A stretch of DNA of 64,000 bases from Macrostomum lignano. Lineage: Eukaryota. The DNA lies in assembly GCA_002269645.1 (NCBI GenBank), contig NIVC01002126.1, positions 30,316 to 94,315 on the forward strand, written 5' to 3'. The first letter of the stretch is position 1, and the number at the start of each line of letters is the position of its first letter. The position numbers were made by a program, and so were the translations under genes. Shown one piece after another: positions 13,396-26,139 of the stretch. A model generated the notes under the pieces. That model was not told the DNA's origin. It worked only from the letters and a program-made list of their open reading frames with translations, and did not search any database.

Positions 13396-14020
13396 AAGCC
13401 GCACTAAATTTCAGTTTGGGCAGGGCATAGCAAAACATCCAGACTCTCGGGTTCCTGTAACTCTTGAAACGCTACTCAATAGTGACTGTCATATGGGTAA
13501 TAACCGAAATGAGCTCGCCAGCCTTCACTTCTCTAGACCGGCCCATGCAGTCAAGTCCCTCCCAAATATCCGGTGAGCGCTGTCTCAGTCAGAAATCACG
13601 AGAAAGCTGATTTTAAACGAAAAACACTACAATTATAACGATTTTAAGGCCGCCTTACCTAGCGCCCTGAACGTGTTGTTGCTATGCTGATAAAAATATA
13701 TGATTTTTTAATTTCCTGCTGCAGTTTCAGGAGCGAATGTTATTCATCTTCAACCGAGTGGACCAAGCATGCCTGAGTGCATTTGTTTAAAATTTGCCGC
13801 ATCGTAAAAATGCTTAATTTCAATTATTAAATAGATTCCAAACCCAACTAGTGTTAGCTTAAATCATCCGCACTCGAGGCAATTCACTTAAGGACGACTG
13901 ATAAACACATGAAGCTCCGCTACCTACGCTGCAGCTACGAGCTACACTAGATCGCTGCCTCTACCTCTCCTTCTCGTCAGTTCAAGCCTCTGAAGTCTAC
14001 CAGCAAGTTTTTTCATCTGT

Positions 14021-14950
14021 AGTCCATGGCCAAACCAACGTCATCTCTTCAGAAAAAGCGCTTAAGTCTACTAACCGGTTATCCATCTTTAGTCTATGGC
14101 CAAACCAACGACATCTCTTCAGAAAAAGCGCTTAAGTCAACTAACCGGTTATTCAGCTTTAGTCTATGGCCAAACCAACGACATCTCTTCAGAAAAAGCG
14201 CTTAAGTCTACTAACCGGTTATTCAGCTTTAGTCTATGGCCAAACCAACGACATCTCTTCAGAAAAAGCGCTTAAGTCTACTAACCGGTTATTCAGCTTC
14301 AGTCTATGGCCAAACCAACGACATCTCTTCAGAAAAAGCGCTTAAGTCTACTAACCGGTTATTCAGCTTTAGTCTATGGCCAAACCAACGACATCTCTTC
14401 AGAAAAAGCGCTTAAGTCTACTAACCGGTTATTCAGCTTTAGTCTATGGCCAAACCAACGACATCTCTTCAGAAAAAGCGCTTAAGTCTACTAACCGGTT
14501 ATTCAGCTTTAGTCTATGGCCAAACCAACGACATCTCTTCAGAAAAAGCGCTTAAGTCTACTAACCGGCTATTCATCTTTAGTCTATGGCCAAACCAACG
14601 ACATCTCTTCAGAAAAAGCGCTTAAGTCTACTAACCGGTTATTCAGCTTCAGTCTATGGCCAAACCAACGACATCTCTTCAGAAAAAGCGCTTAAGTCTA
14701 CTAACCGGTTATTCAGCTTCAGTCTATGGCCAAACCAACGACATCTCTTCAGAAAAAGCGCTTAAGTCTACTAACCGGTTATTCAGCTTTAGTCTATGGC
14801 CAAACCAACGACATCTCTTCAGAAAAAGCGCTTAAGTCTACTAACCGGTTATCCATCTTTAGTCTATGGCCAAACCAACGTCATCTCTTCAGAAAAAGCG
14901 CTTAAGTCTACTAACCGGTTATTCAGCTTTAGTCTATGGCCAAACCAACA
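14021..14950. repeat. 70-bp tandem repeat (~13 units)
   Basis: CAAACCAACG recurs at 14101 and 14171; each unit contains TACTAACCGGTTATTCAGCTTTAG. Confidence 0.95.
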
Positions 14951-15414
14951 CTCAAGGACCACTAGAAGTTACCCCGAAATATACCCTGAAATAATTCCTT
15001 ATAATATGTAGCGTTTATAAATTTGAAGCGTTAAATCCTCTTAGGTTTAGTAAAAAAAATTATCAGGCGGCAGGCTGTGTTGAAGGTACCATTTGCTGCA
15101 TTCCTCACCCATCAGCCCCCCCCCCCTACCAGCCCTCACGTCGCAATGATGAAAGCGCCATATGCGGACGCAGAATCCAAATGCATTTCACACTTAACAG
15201 TGTACTCGTAATATTGACCAGAAATGGGTATTAAGGGTTTAAGGGACACAGATGGTTGGCGATAGGGCGAACTGCAAATGGAAGACGATCCGACAGTTAA
15301 AAGGTTCATTTTAAAAAAAAGTTGTTTCCGCCTGTGGCCTCGGATTTTATGGTGGTTGGGTAAAAACCCTAGAATCTTAACCGAAATATTCCTATGATTG
15401 GGAATCTGTTAACA

Positions 15415-16045
15415 CCGATTTTGGCACCACAAGCGCTTATTTTGGCGCCACAGACATTCATTTTGGCGCCACAGACACTTATTTTGGCGCCACAGACATT
15501 CATTTTGGCGCCACAGACACTCATTTTGGCGCCACAGACACTCATTTTGGCGCCGTAGACACTCGTTTTGGCGCCGCAGGCACTCATTTTGGCGCCACAG
15601 ACACTCATTTTGGCGCCGCAGGCACTCATTTTGGCGCCACAGACACTCATTTTGGCGCGGTAGACACTCATTTTGGCGCCATAGACACTCATTTTGGCGC
15701 CACAGACACTCATTTTGGCGCCACAGACACTCATTTTGGCGCCGCAGGCACTCATTTTGGCGCCACAGACACTCATTTTGGCGCCACAGACACTCATTTT
15801 GGCGCCACAGACACTCATTTTGGCGCCATAGACACTCATTTTGGCGCCGCAGGCACTCATTTTGGCGCCATAGACACTCATTTTGGCGCCACAGACACTC
15901 ATTTTGGCGCCACAGACACTCATTTTGGCGCCGTAGACACTCGTTATGGCGCTGCAGGCACTCATTTTAGCGCCGCAGGCACTTATTTTGGCGCCGCAGG
16001 CACTCATTTTGGCGCCACAGACACTCATTTTGGCGCCGCAGACAC
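15415..16045. repeat. 21-bp minisatellite (TTTTGGCGCCACAGACACTCA)
   Basis: Visible array; reverse complement of the array at 16760-17140. Confidence 0.95.
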
Positions 16046-16759
16046 CAATTTTGCGCTAACGAATTTACGACGTAGAGATTTTGTTCCGGAGATCACTAAG
16101 AAACAGATGACTGCCTAGATATTTAGTTTCTTAGAAAAAATGCTTTTGAATAAATAACTGAAAGAAGATGCTGCAGCACTTCGACAAAAGTTTTATTATT
16201 TTTCAGGGGTATCAATGAAACTATAGTAGCCAAAAATAGGTTGACTTGCATCCCCTAGAGAACTCAGTCGGGTAAAAACCCTACCGTACTATCTGCTGTA
16301 AGCCAGATCAGCTTATGTAAGTATATGCATAAATAGTTTTTTTCGTGGGATTCTGTTCTCCATCTAATTAATGTAGAGAGGAATTGATGGATATTAGCTA
16401 ATACGAAATCATTTGCCGTCAGACAAGTCATTCAAAAGTTCATATGGAACTTTTTTTCTTTTTTAGAAGTAGAAGGTCACTTTCAAAATGCTAATCAAGA
16501 ATTGTAGTTTGACACAGGCGACTTGACACAATGCTTATAGCGACACGGTCCCACAACCTGGGCTGAGGTGATTCTGCCCATTCCGCACACTCCTGAGCCA
16601 TGCAAGCGTGTCAATACTGTACGCAGGCGCGAACTCATGCACACGCTCAGGGGCGTCCCCACCGGTGTGGACAGCGGGGACGTGTGTCCCCCCCAGTAAA
16701 GGCTTTGGGGGGGGACATGCCAATCTGCTTCAGTGTGACAAAAAATAGCGCGTGCAGCA

Positions 16760-17140
16760 CCAAAATGAGTGCCTGCGGCGCTAAAATGAGTGCCTGCGGC
16801 GCTAAAATGAGTGCCTGCGGCGCTAAAATGAGTGCCTGCGGCGCCAAAATGAGTGCCTGCGGCGCCAAAATGAGTGCCTGCGGCGCTAAAATGAGTGCCT
16901 GCGGCGCTAAAATGAGTGCCTGCGGCGCCAAAATGAGTGCCTGCGGCGCCAAAATGAGTGCCTGCGGCGCCAAAATGAGTGCCTGCGGCGCTAAAATGAG
17001 TGCCTGCGGCGCTAAAATGAGTGCCTGCGGCGCTAAAATGAGTGCCTGCGGCGCCAAAATGAGTGCCTACAGCGCTAAAATGGTGCCTGCGGCGCTAAAA
17101 TGGTGCCTGCGGCGCTAAAATGATTGCCTGCGGCGCCAAA
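16760..17140. repeat. 21-bp minisatellite, inverted relative to 15415-16045
   Basis: AAAATGAGTGCCTGCGGCGCY repeated. Confidence 0.95.
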
Positions 17141-17929
17141 GTGCAGATCGATAAGAACACCGATTCGGAAATATTGTACATGCAGGAATTTATTCACACG
17201 GGGTGCATTGGGGTTGGGGTGTACCTGAATTTCTAATCCTCAGGCATGTACACTCTCTGCTAATTGGAGGTTAGACCTCATGGGCAATAAATCGCAGGAC
17301 AACCCCCATATGCAGGGCCAATTTTCGTGCCCCAAAACACATTTGGCCGCCACTCAAGGCTTGGGAAAATCCTTAGGGGAATTCTCCGATCCGCAGTGTA
17401 GGATTTAATCCGTGTGAGAAAAAAACTGAAGTACATTAGTGCCATAATACTCTGTACTAATCAGCTACTGCCTACATGTAGTACGATGTGCTGAACAAAT
17501 ATTTTATAAAAACAGCCTTGCTCTTTGCTTACCTCTTGGATTCAGCTTAGTTCCTCAAATGAGATACTGACACACGCACACTTTTAAGCGAGACTGAAGG
17601 TTTTGGAGGAAAGGGGCTTCCAGCAGTGCTGATGCTGTGCGAACAAGTGGGATGATGTGAAGCATGACAGATGCTTTATTAAATGCTACCAACCAACCAA
17701 CCAAAGCGACCTAGCAACAGACATGTCCCAATCCAGCCAAGCTCTCTGATTGGTTCATTCGCGTATTCACATTTGAGACAGATTTTTGCTATATGTGACA
17801 GCGGGTGAAAATTCAATAGAAAATATGTGAGTTTTAACCCACAACGAGTCGTACAATGTACGTGTTGTACTACAGATTAAAACAAATAACTTTAGTCAGT
17901 TACTAGCTGATTTCAGAAAATCACCCCAG

Positions 17930-18200
17930 GAACGGTTTTCTAGGTACTAATTTAAACAAATCACTCCCGTGCCGTATTTCTAGTCACTGATTTAAACAAA
18001 TCACTCTTGGAACGTGTTTCTAGTCACTGATTTAAACAAATCACTCTTGGAACGTGTTTCTAGTCACTGATTTAAACAAATCAGTCTTGGAACGTATTTC
18101 TAGTCACTGATTTAAACAATCACTTTTGGAACGTGTTTCTAGTCACTGATTTAAACAAATCACTCTTGGAACGTGTTTCTAGTCACTGATTTAAACAAAT
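17930..18200. repeat. 40-bp tandem repeat (~6 units)
   Basis: CTAGTCACTGATTTAAACAAATCACTCTTGGAACGTGTTT repeated. Confidence 0.9.
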
Positions 18201-18644
18201 CTTTCGCCTCTGTACAAAACTGCAGCTCGTATGTGCACTTTTACAAGGTGTACTTTTCTGTAATTTTCTGTACTTTTTACGAGGTATTTCGTAGTCGATA
18301 GGCTACTTTACATTTAGGCCGACTGTACTTTCGTAAAACTAGGTTGGGAATTAATCTCAACTAATTTTATATCAGCACGTTCTAGGCGCGAAAGAAATCC
18401 AATACTAAGACTAATGGTTGTTTTCCTGTTGCTGGGAATTCTCATTAGAAAAGGGGAGATTTTTGGCTGAGCCATTAAGTCTCATAAATTTTTTCTCAGT
18501 TCAGGCCGAGTTTTCGCCGTCGCTCATGCTTCTCTTGATTATACCGAACCCGGAAATTTCCTCAGGTAAAGATGAAAACCGGTGATTTTTGAGACTAGAA
18601 AATCTGAGAGAGACATATCATTTCCCTTTCAGATTGCTCGGATC

Positions 18645-20105
18645 TGCCTCTCAGCTCTCTCTCAGTCATTGAATCTGCCTCTCCGCTCTCCTCCCTTCAG
18701 TCACTGAATCTGCCTCTCCGCTCTCTTTCACTCACTGAATCTGCCTCTCTGCTCTCTTTCACTCACTGAATCTGCCTCTCCACTCGCTTTCACTCACTGA
18801 ATCTACCTCTCTGCTCTCTTTCACTCACTGAATCTGCCTCTCTGCTCTCTTTCACTCACTGAATCTGCCTCTCTGCTCTCTTTCACTCACTGAATCTACC
18901 TCTCTGCTCTCTTTCACTCACTGAATCTACCTCTCTGCTCTCTTTCACTCACTGAATCTGCCTCTCTGCTCTCTTTCACTCACTGAATCTGCCTCTCTGC
19001 TCTCTTTCACTCACTGAATCTGCCTCTCTGCTCTCTTTCACTCACTGAATCTACCTCTCTGCTCTCTTTCACTCACTGAATCTACCTCTCTGCTCTCTTT
19101 CACTCACTGAATCTGCCTCTCTGCTCTCTTTCACTCACTGAATCTGCCTCTCTGCTCTCTTTCACTCACTGAATCTGCCTCTCTGCTCTCTTTCACTCAC
19201 TGAATCTACCTCTCTGCTCTCTTTCACTCACTGAATCTACCTCTCTGCTCTCTTTCACTCACTGAATCTACCTCTCTGCTCTCTTTCACTCACTGAATCT
19301 GCCTCTCTGCTCTCTTTCACTCACTGAATCTGCCTCTCTGCTCTCTTTCACTCACTGAATCTGCCTCTCTGCTCTCTTTCACTCACTGAATCTACCTCTC
19401 TGCTCTCTTTCACTCACTGAATCTGCCTCTCTGCTCTCTTTCACTCACTGAATCTGCCTCTCTGCTCTCTTTCACTCACTGAATCTGCCTCTCTGCTCTC
19501 TTTCACTCACTGAATCTGCCTCTCTGCTCTCTTTCACTCACTGAATCTGCCTCTCTGCTCTCTTTCACTCACTGAATCTGCCTCTCTGCTCTCTTTCACT
19601 CACTGAATCTACCTCTCTGCTCTCTTTCACTCACTGAATCTGCCTCTCTGCTCTCTTTCACTCACTGAATCTGCCTCTCTGCTCTCTTTCACTCACTGAA
19701 TCTGCCTCTCTGCTCTCTTTCACTCACTGAATCTGCCTCTCTGCTCTCTTTCACTCACTGAATCTGCCTCTCCGCTCTCTTTCAGTCATTGAATCTGCCT
19801 CTCCACTCGCTTTCACTCACTGAATCTGCCTCTCTGCTCTCTTTCACTCACTGAATCTGCCTCTCTGCTCTCTTTCACTCACTGAATCTGCCTCTCCGCT
19901 CTCTTTCACTCACTGAATCTGCCTCTCCGCTCTCTTTCACTCACTGAATCTGCCTCTCCGCTCTCTTTCAGTCATTGAATCTGCCTCTCCACTCTCTTTC
20001 AGTCATTGAATCTGCCTCTCCACTCTCTTTCAGTCATTGAATCTGCCTCTCCACTCTCTTTCAGTCATTGAATCTGCCTCTCCACTCTCTTTCAGTCATT
20101 GAATC
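18645..20105. repeat. 31-bp minisatellite (GAATCTGCCTCTCTGCTCTCTTTCACTCACT)
   Basis: Visible array. Confidence 0.95.
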
Positions 20106-21287
20106 TTGTTCTTGAAAGCACATCTGAATTTCTAGCGCAGTTTTTCTAATTTTTCAGAAGCAATTTCTCGAATGTCCTGCCTTCATTATCGGTAGAAATT
20201 TTGAAAAAAATCAGAACCATAAAAGCTTGCATTGACCTTTCCAACACATCCCCAGCGAATTTCTATATCTTCTGTGCTTCCTTCGGCCAAGTCATTCGAT
20301 TTTCTTCAGGCAACAAAGAAGTTTCAGAAAGCCATAAAAGAAGACTATACAGACAATGGTTTTTTTCAGGCAGCAATGAGGCGCATTCCGTGGCTCTGCA
20401 AATCTTGTACCATCGGAGGAGCCAAGGGACGTCGTGCTCTGCAGCAGCTGATGCAGCAGCAGCAGTTTGCGTGCCAGAATTAATTGGGGGAAAAAGCAGA
20501 AAAACAAGAAGCAAGCAACTTCAAGCCTGACAGGTATATAAATACACTTGCGCGAGCGGCTCGAAGCTTCAGGTCCCCCGGGTAGCTGGGCCACTGCTAA
20601 TCAGATAATAACTAGCATGGACTAGCGCTGAATCACGGGTTAGATAGATAATCTCCTAGAGGATAGAGGTCTAACTATAAGGCAATTAGCGCAGGAGGGT
20701 ATACTGCATGAGACACATTGACATCAATTGGAATGAAGGGTTATGAAATTAAGCAAGTCTAAATCAATTTTAAGAGACCCATCAGATGGACTACCCCTAT
20801 AGTTGTAACCTTTTCTCTTCTCGCCCTTAGGGAGCAAATTTAATATTAATTGAAAAATCTGCATTCTAATCAGGCATATAAAACAGGGAATTGGAATCTT
20901 TGTGCCAAGATTAATTAAATTTGCACACGAGATGCCCTTTGGGGCGCTGCGTGATGTGATGAAGATTCTGGTGCACTAATCTCTAAGCTGATTCGAGATA
21001 AGAGCATTTTTTATTAAAAGCAGAAAAGCTAGGTGTTCCACAATCGAGACAGATTTAGAGGGCTGGTTTGAGGCAAATTCAAAGACTGAGGTAGGGAGAA
21101 GACGCTAGCAATGGAGCATTAGATTGTAAATATATTGATGTAGAATCTGTAAGCATAGCGCTTACTGAAAGAAGCATACGATATGACATTCATTTAACCC
21201 ATTGACGCTCATTTCAAAGCAATTCTTTCACCTCTCTGCAAACTGCTCGTGTTATGCACTCATTATGCTACTAACAAGTAGCACGGC

Positions 21288-22061
<774 letters not shown>

Positions 22062-22734
22062 CTGATTAAGAGCATGCTAATTAAAATCAACAAGAATAGC
22101 TTTCAGGTTTATGTCAAACTTCTCAACCTGCTTGTACAACAAGAGGATTAAGCAGCTCTCTCTCAAATCCTCACTGTCGCTTGCACACAAGCCTGTCATT
22201 TTTCTTTCCCCTTTTCAATATCCCCGGAATCTTGATCGCCTAAAATAAGCCCCAACGCACCTGAAGGCCTCACTCGGTCCTCAGCTGCTCCAGAGCACAC
22301 TTCCTAATAATATCACTCTTATCTCCGCTGGGGCCGCGACCAGCCCCTGTTCCCAAATTTAAAATGTTGTATCACTCTAAGCTCACGTCAGCTCTGTCGC
22401 AGCTTATTCGCCTAAATTTTAGCATAAAAATAGAAATAGGCAGTTTCCTAGCCTACCTCAATCCCGAATTCAATCTGGATTTACCAATCCATGGGCGAGC
22501 AGATGTGAAACTTAATCCGCTTTAATACCGGAATATACGATTACGAGTATAAACTGCTCTTGTTTCACAAGTACAGTCAAGTGAAGCGATAAACAAAACT
22601 AGAGTGGATGCTGAGGCGAAGAGAAAAGGGGGATGAGAAGGAGAGGATGGAGAAAATGGGAAAGAGGAGAGGGTGGAGCCTGGGGGAGTGGAGTACAGTG
22701 TGTACCTCTAAGAATTGATTGTGGGGAATAAATA

Positions 22735-23420
22735 AGGGAGAGCGGAGGGGAGATCGGAGGGGAGAGCGGAGGGGAGAGCGGAGGGGAGAGCGGAGGGGAG
22801 AGCGGAGGGGAGAGCGGAGGGGAGAGCGGAGGGGAGAGCGGAGGGGAGAGCGGAGGGGGGAAGTAGAGAGGAGAGAGGGGAGAGGAGAGAGGGGAGAGGA
22901 GAGAGGGGAGAGGAGAGAGGGGAGAGGAGAGAGGGGAGAGGAGAGAGGGGAGAAGAGAGAGGGGAGAGGAGAGAGGGGAGAAGAGAGAGGGGAGAGGAGA
23001 GAGGGGAGAGGAGAGAGGGGAGAAGAGAGAGGGGAGAGGAGAGAGGGGAGAGGAGAGAGGGGAGAGGAGAGAGGGGAGAGGAGAGGGGGGAGAGGAGAGA
23101 GGGGAGAGGAGAGAGGAGAGAGCGGAGAGGAGAGAGGAGAGAGGAGAGAGAGGAGAGGAGAGAAGGAAAATGGGAGAGTAGAGAGGAGAGAGGGGAGAAG
23201 AGAGAAGTGAGAGGGGAGAGGGGAGAGCAGGAGAGAAAGGAAGGAGAGAGCGTAGAGTAGAGGGGAGAGGGGGGAGTGGAGGGGAGAGGGGAGTGTAGAG
23301 AGTGAGGATTGGAGAGTGAAGAACGGGGGGAAGTAAATAATAGAGAGTGGAGAGGAGAGCGGGAGAGGGAAGAGGGGAGAGTGGAGAGCGGAGACGGAAG
23401 GAGTGTGGACTCTGGAGAGA
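22735..23420. repeat. Polypurine tract: (GGGGAGAGCGGA)n followed by GA-rich repeats
   Basis: Visible. Confidence 0.9.
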
Positions 23421-23490
23421 ACGGATCAGCGGAAGTACGTGTAAGCAATAACCGTTGAAGAGACGAGGGAGACAGGTGATAGGTGATGAG

Positions 23491-24521
23491 TAGGGATGTC
23501 GATTCCCCGGGGAATTTTCTTATCGGGGACCCCGGGGAATTTACTGTCATTCCCCGGGGACCACGGGGAAAAGAAAATGTAAGTAAAAAACGGCGGACAA
23601 CTTAGATCCTAGGTGGCATTTTTTTTTAAATTTGATTAAAGCTTTGGACTACATGTCCAAAGGTCTTGTCATTATTTTAAATGTTTTTTTCCAATAAGAC
23701 CAATTTAACAAGAAAAATAGATTAATGCTTCGTTAGAGCAGCATGTGAGGCACAAAATAGTGTGATTACACCTTTCTCTGGCATTGTTAAGAGACCCAAT
23801 CACTGTTTTAGTGTTGAAAATCGTGAAATTTTCTATCTCCGTAGTGTACTTTTCCGGTGAAACCTGCCTTTAAAACTATTTCTGAACAAATATTTCTGAA
23901 TATCGATAGAGCAATAAGAAAGGCTGACATATCAAAAGATGAACACTGGATCTGCCTCCTATCAAAAGCAATAACAATTTTTGTGCTGAAAAAAATTAAA
24001 ACCTCCTGTCTCTGTAGTGTATTTTTCGGCGAAAAGTTGCCTTCAAAACAATTACCATATAGATTTCGAGTGTTGCGTCGAGTGTTGCGTTATTACATGT
24101 GTATGACATTGTATGACGTTGTTATTTTGTTATTGAATGACACACCCAATGCGTCAGTGACTGACGCAGGACGCAGCGCTGCGCCTGCGCCTGCGTCAAA
24201 TGCGTCAAGCCGTCAACGCAGACCAACACAATAGTTAGGTAAGGCTTCTTTTTCCTGACGGGTTTTTATGTGTAATTCGTCTGATTGAGAGACTCCTAGT
24301 GAAAAAACACATTCAAACGTGTGTTGTGTTTGAATTTGTGTTTGACATTGGAATAAGCAATTATGCAGTAAAAGAGCATAAACATAGTTTCAATAATCTT
24401 CTTATTTAAATGGCAAAAATTAAGTTACAAATGCATTTTTTTCATGTTTTTCTCCCCGAGGTCCACGGTCTAATTCCCCGGGGACTATTCCCCGACAAGC
24501 TCCCCGGGGTCGACATCCCTA
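23491..24521. mobile_element. Non-autonomous hAT-type DNA transposon (1031 bp)
   Basis: Ends TAGGGATGTCGA... / ...TCGACATCCCTA, subterminal CCCCGGGG motifs and an 8-bp TSD GTGATGAG (23483-23490 and 24522-24529); contains a fragment (~23810-24050) related to the 47764-48461 element. Confidence 0.88.
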
Positions 24522-24711
24522 GTGATGAGAGATGGAAGAAGAGACAATAAGGATTAGTCTGTGTAAATGCGTATACCTATACGGTTGCTTGGGCCGTGAC
24601 AAAAACACTGTTAATACTGTTAATACGGGTCTCTTGCCGATATAAATGTGAGTATATATTATTTATTAATAATAGATGACGCATATTTCCTATCGTAGCT
24701 TCACTCCAATG

Positions 24712-24987
24712 GGCATACATGCGCAACCCCCCTGATTTACACTGGCCATGCGACTTAATTTTTGACAAAAAATGCGACTTACCTGTGAAAGAAACCCTAA
24801 AGCAACATTAACGCAATTTTTGGTAAACGGCAGGAGTAACTATAAGTGTGTTATAAGGGATAAATACCTCGTCATCTAATTAGTGCTACGTCTGTATTCT
24901 TTGGGTATTTTTGCGACCTACCCCTGGTCCACCACAATTTACAGTGGCCAGATCGGCCAGGTCGGCCAGCAGTTGCGCATGTATGCC
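24712..24987. mobile_element. Small MITE with TIR GGCATACATGCGCAAC (superfamily unassigned)
   Basis: 16-bp TIRs at both ends; flanks read as a 4-bp AATG (or 6-bp CAATGG) duplication; the same right TIR closes the element at 42300-42473. Confidence 0.75.
24823..24885 (+). pseudogene. Degenerate 28S rRNA fragment (helix 69-71 / R2 target region)
   Basis: GGTAAACGGCAGGAGTAACTAT...CCTCGTCATCTAATTAGTG matches recalled eukaryotic LSU GGTAAACGGCGGGAGTAACTATGACTCTCTTAAGGTAGCCAAATGCCTCGTCATCTAATTAGTG in both flanks; the centre is diverged. Confidence 0.8.
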
Positions 24988-25744
24988 AATGGGGAGCTTG
25001 AGTAGTCCGCAATATACTAAAAATATATGTTAGCAATGTGCAAAGCATATTTGGAAACTAAACTTGGAGTGTTTCATTTGGAAATGATGGGGTAGAGAGT
25101 AGAGACGAGATAGAGCAGTGGACCGTGGGCCGTTGCATGAAACTACTTATCTAGCTACTGGCATAAATGAATACAGCAAAGCAATTATTTCCGATCCTCT
25201 TATACTTTGGAAGTAGAACTGCAAAACTTATTCAATGCTGAGCGCACAGAAATATGATTCAGATTTTCTATGGCATGGCATGCCATATCAAAGCTAATAC
25301 GAGCGTAAAGGTTTTATTACGAATGGATGGTGAATAGAATAGTATCAATAAAAAATAAGGTTTTTCAAGCGGTAAGTAGGATAAAAATAATTATGCTTAA
25401 TTAATATCTAGTGTCAATGTCAACCCTCAAAGCCAATTCCAGGTTCCAGATTGTATCCATGCGTAAAGTAATCGGTTTTTCTAATTATAGATCATAGCGT
25501 ATATATTCGTCATTCAATTTTAATTTGCGTAGAGGCGCAAAAACAAGGCAATGCGTGAGTGGATTGGCGGATGGGGTTGAAGCGGTCCACGTGTTTGAAG
25601 TGGAGGGGTGGCTATTGCGTACATACGGTGAAACGCGCATGTACATTTCAGTTCTGTGTACAAAGCTCCCCTCTCCCCCCTTTCGACAGAGTCTAACTGC
25701 CGGTCGTGGAGCTAAACTTTTATCGATCGTCCTCCAAATAGGAA

Positions 25745-25870
25745 AGTAGGGTGGAAGGAGGGAGGGGCTGGGGGAGGCCCTAAACTCAGTTGAATTGGGC
25801 AGAAGGGGCGGGCGGGGCGTGGCGAACGGAGGGAATTCCCTCTCTATAGCAGCCAATGACGTCGGGTTTT
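25745..25870 (+). promoter_or_regulatory. Probable promoter of the Mad/Mnt-like gene
   Basis: GC boxes GGGCGGGCGGGGCG, CCAAT at 25853 overlapping CRE-like TGACGTC at 25857, ~280 bp upstream of the ATG. Confidence 0.5.
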
Positions 25871-26139
25871 AAGGCCCAATTCAAACCAAGCCCACTCACC
25901 CCTTGCTTTTCTTGAATAAAGCGCCTTGTCCTTGTATATGCTGGGTGTATATGCGACACACGAGAAGAAAGGCCCACTGTATTTGTGACGTTTAAGTTTT
26001 TGTGAGTTTTTTGTTATGGTGGTAGTGAAGTCAACAAATTAATTTAAGTTTAGCTTGCCTTACCGACATTTTAATTTTTACAGGTAAACTTTTTTACAGA
26101 TTATTAATATTTTAATCAAGTCAAAGGCAAGCTATTTTG

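Noticed and set aside
24777-24786. U1 snRNA 5' end (ACTTACCTG)
   Set aside because: A nine-base match only, equally a minus-strand donor consensus, with no further U1 structure
24823-24885. Functional rRNA gene or rDNA unit
   Set aside because: Only ~63 bp, centrally diverged, and inside a MITE
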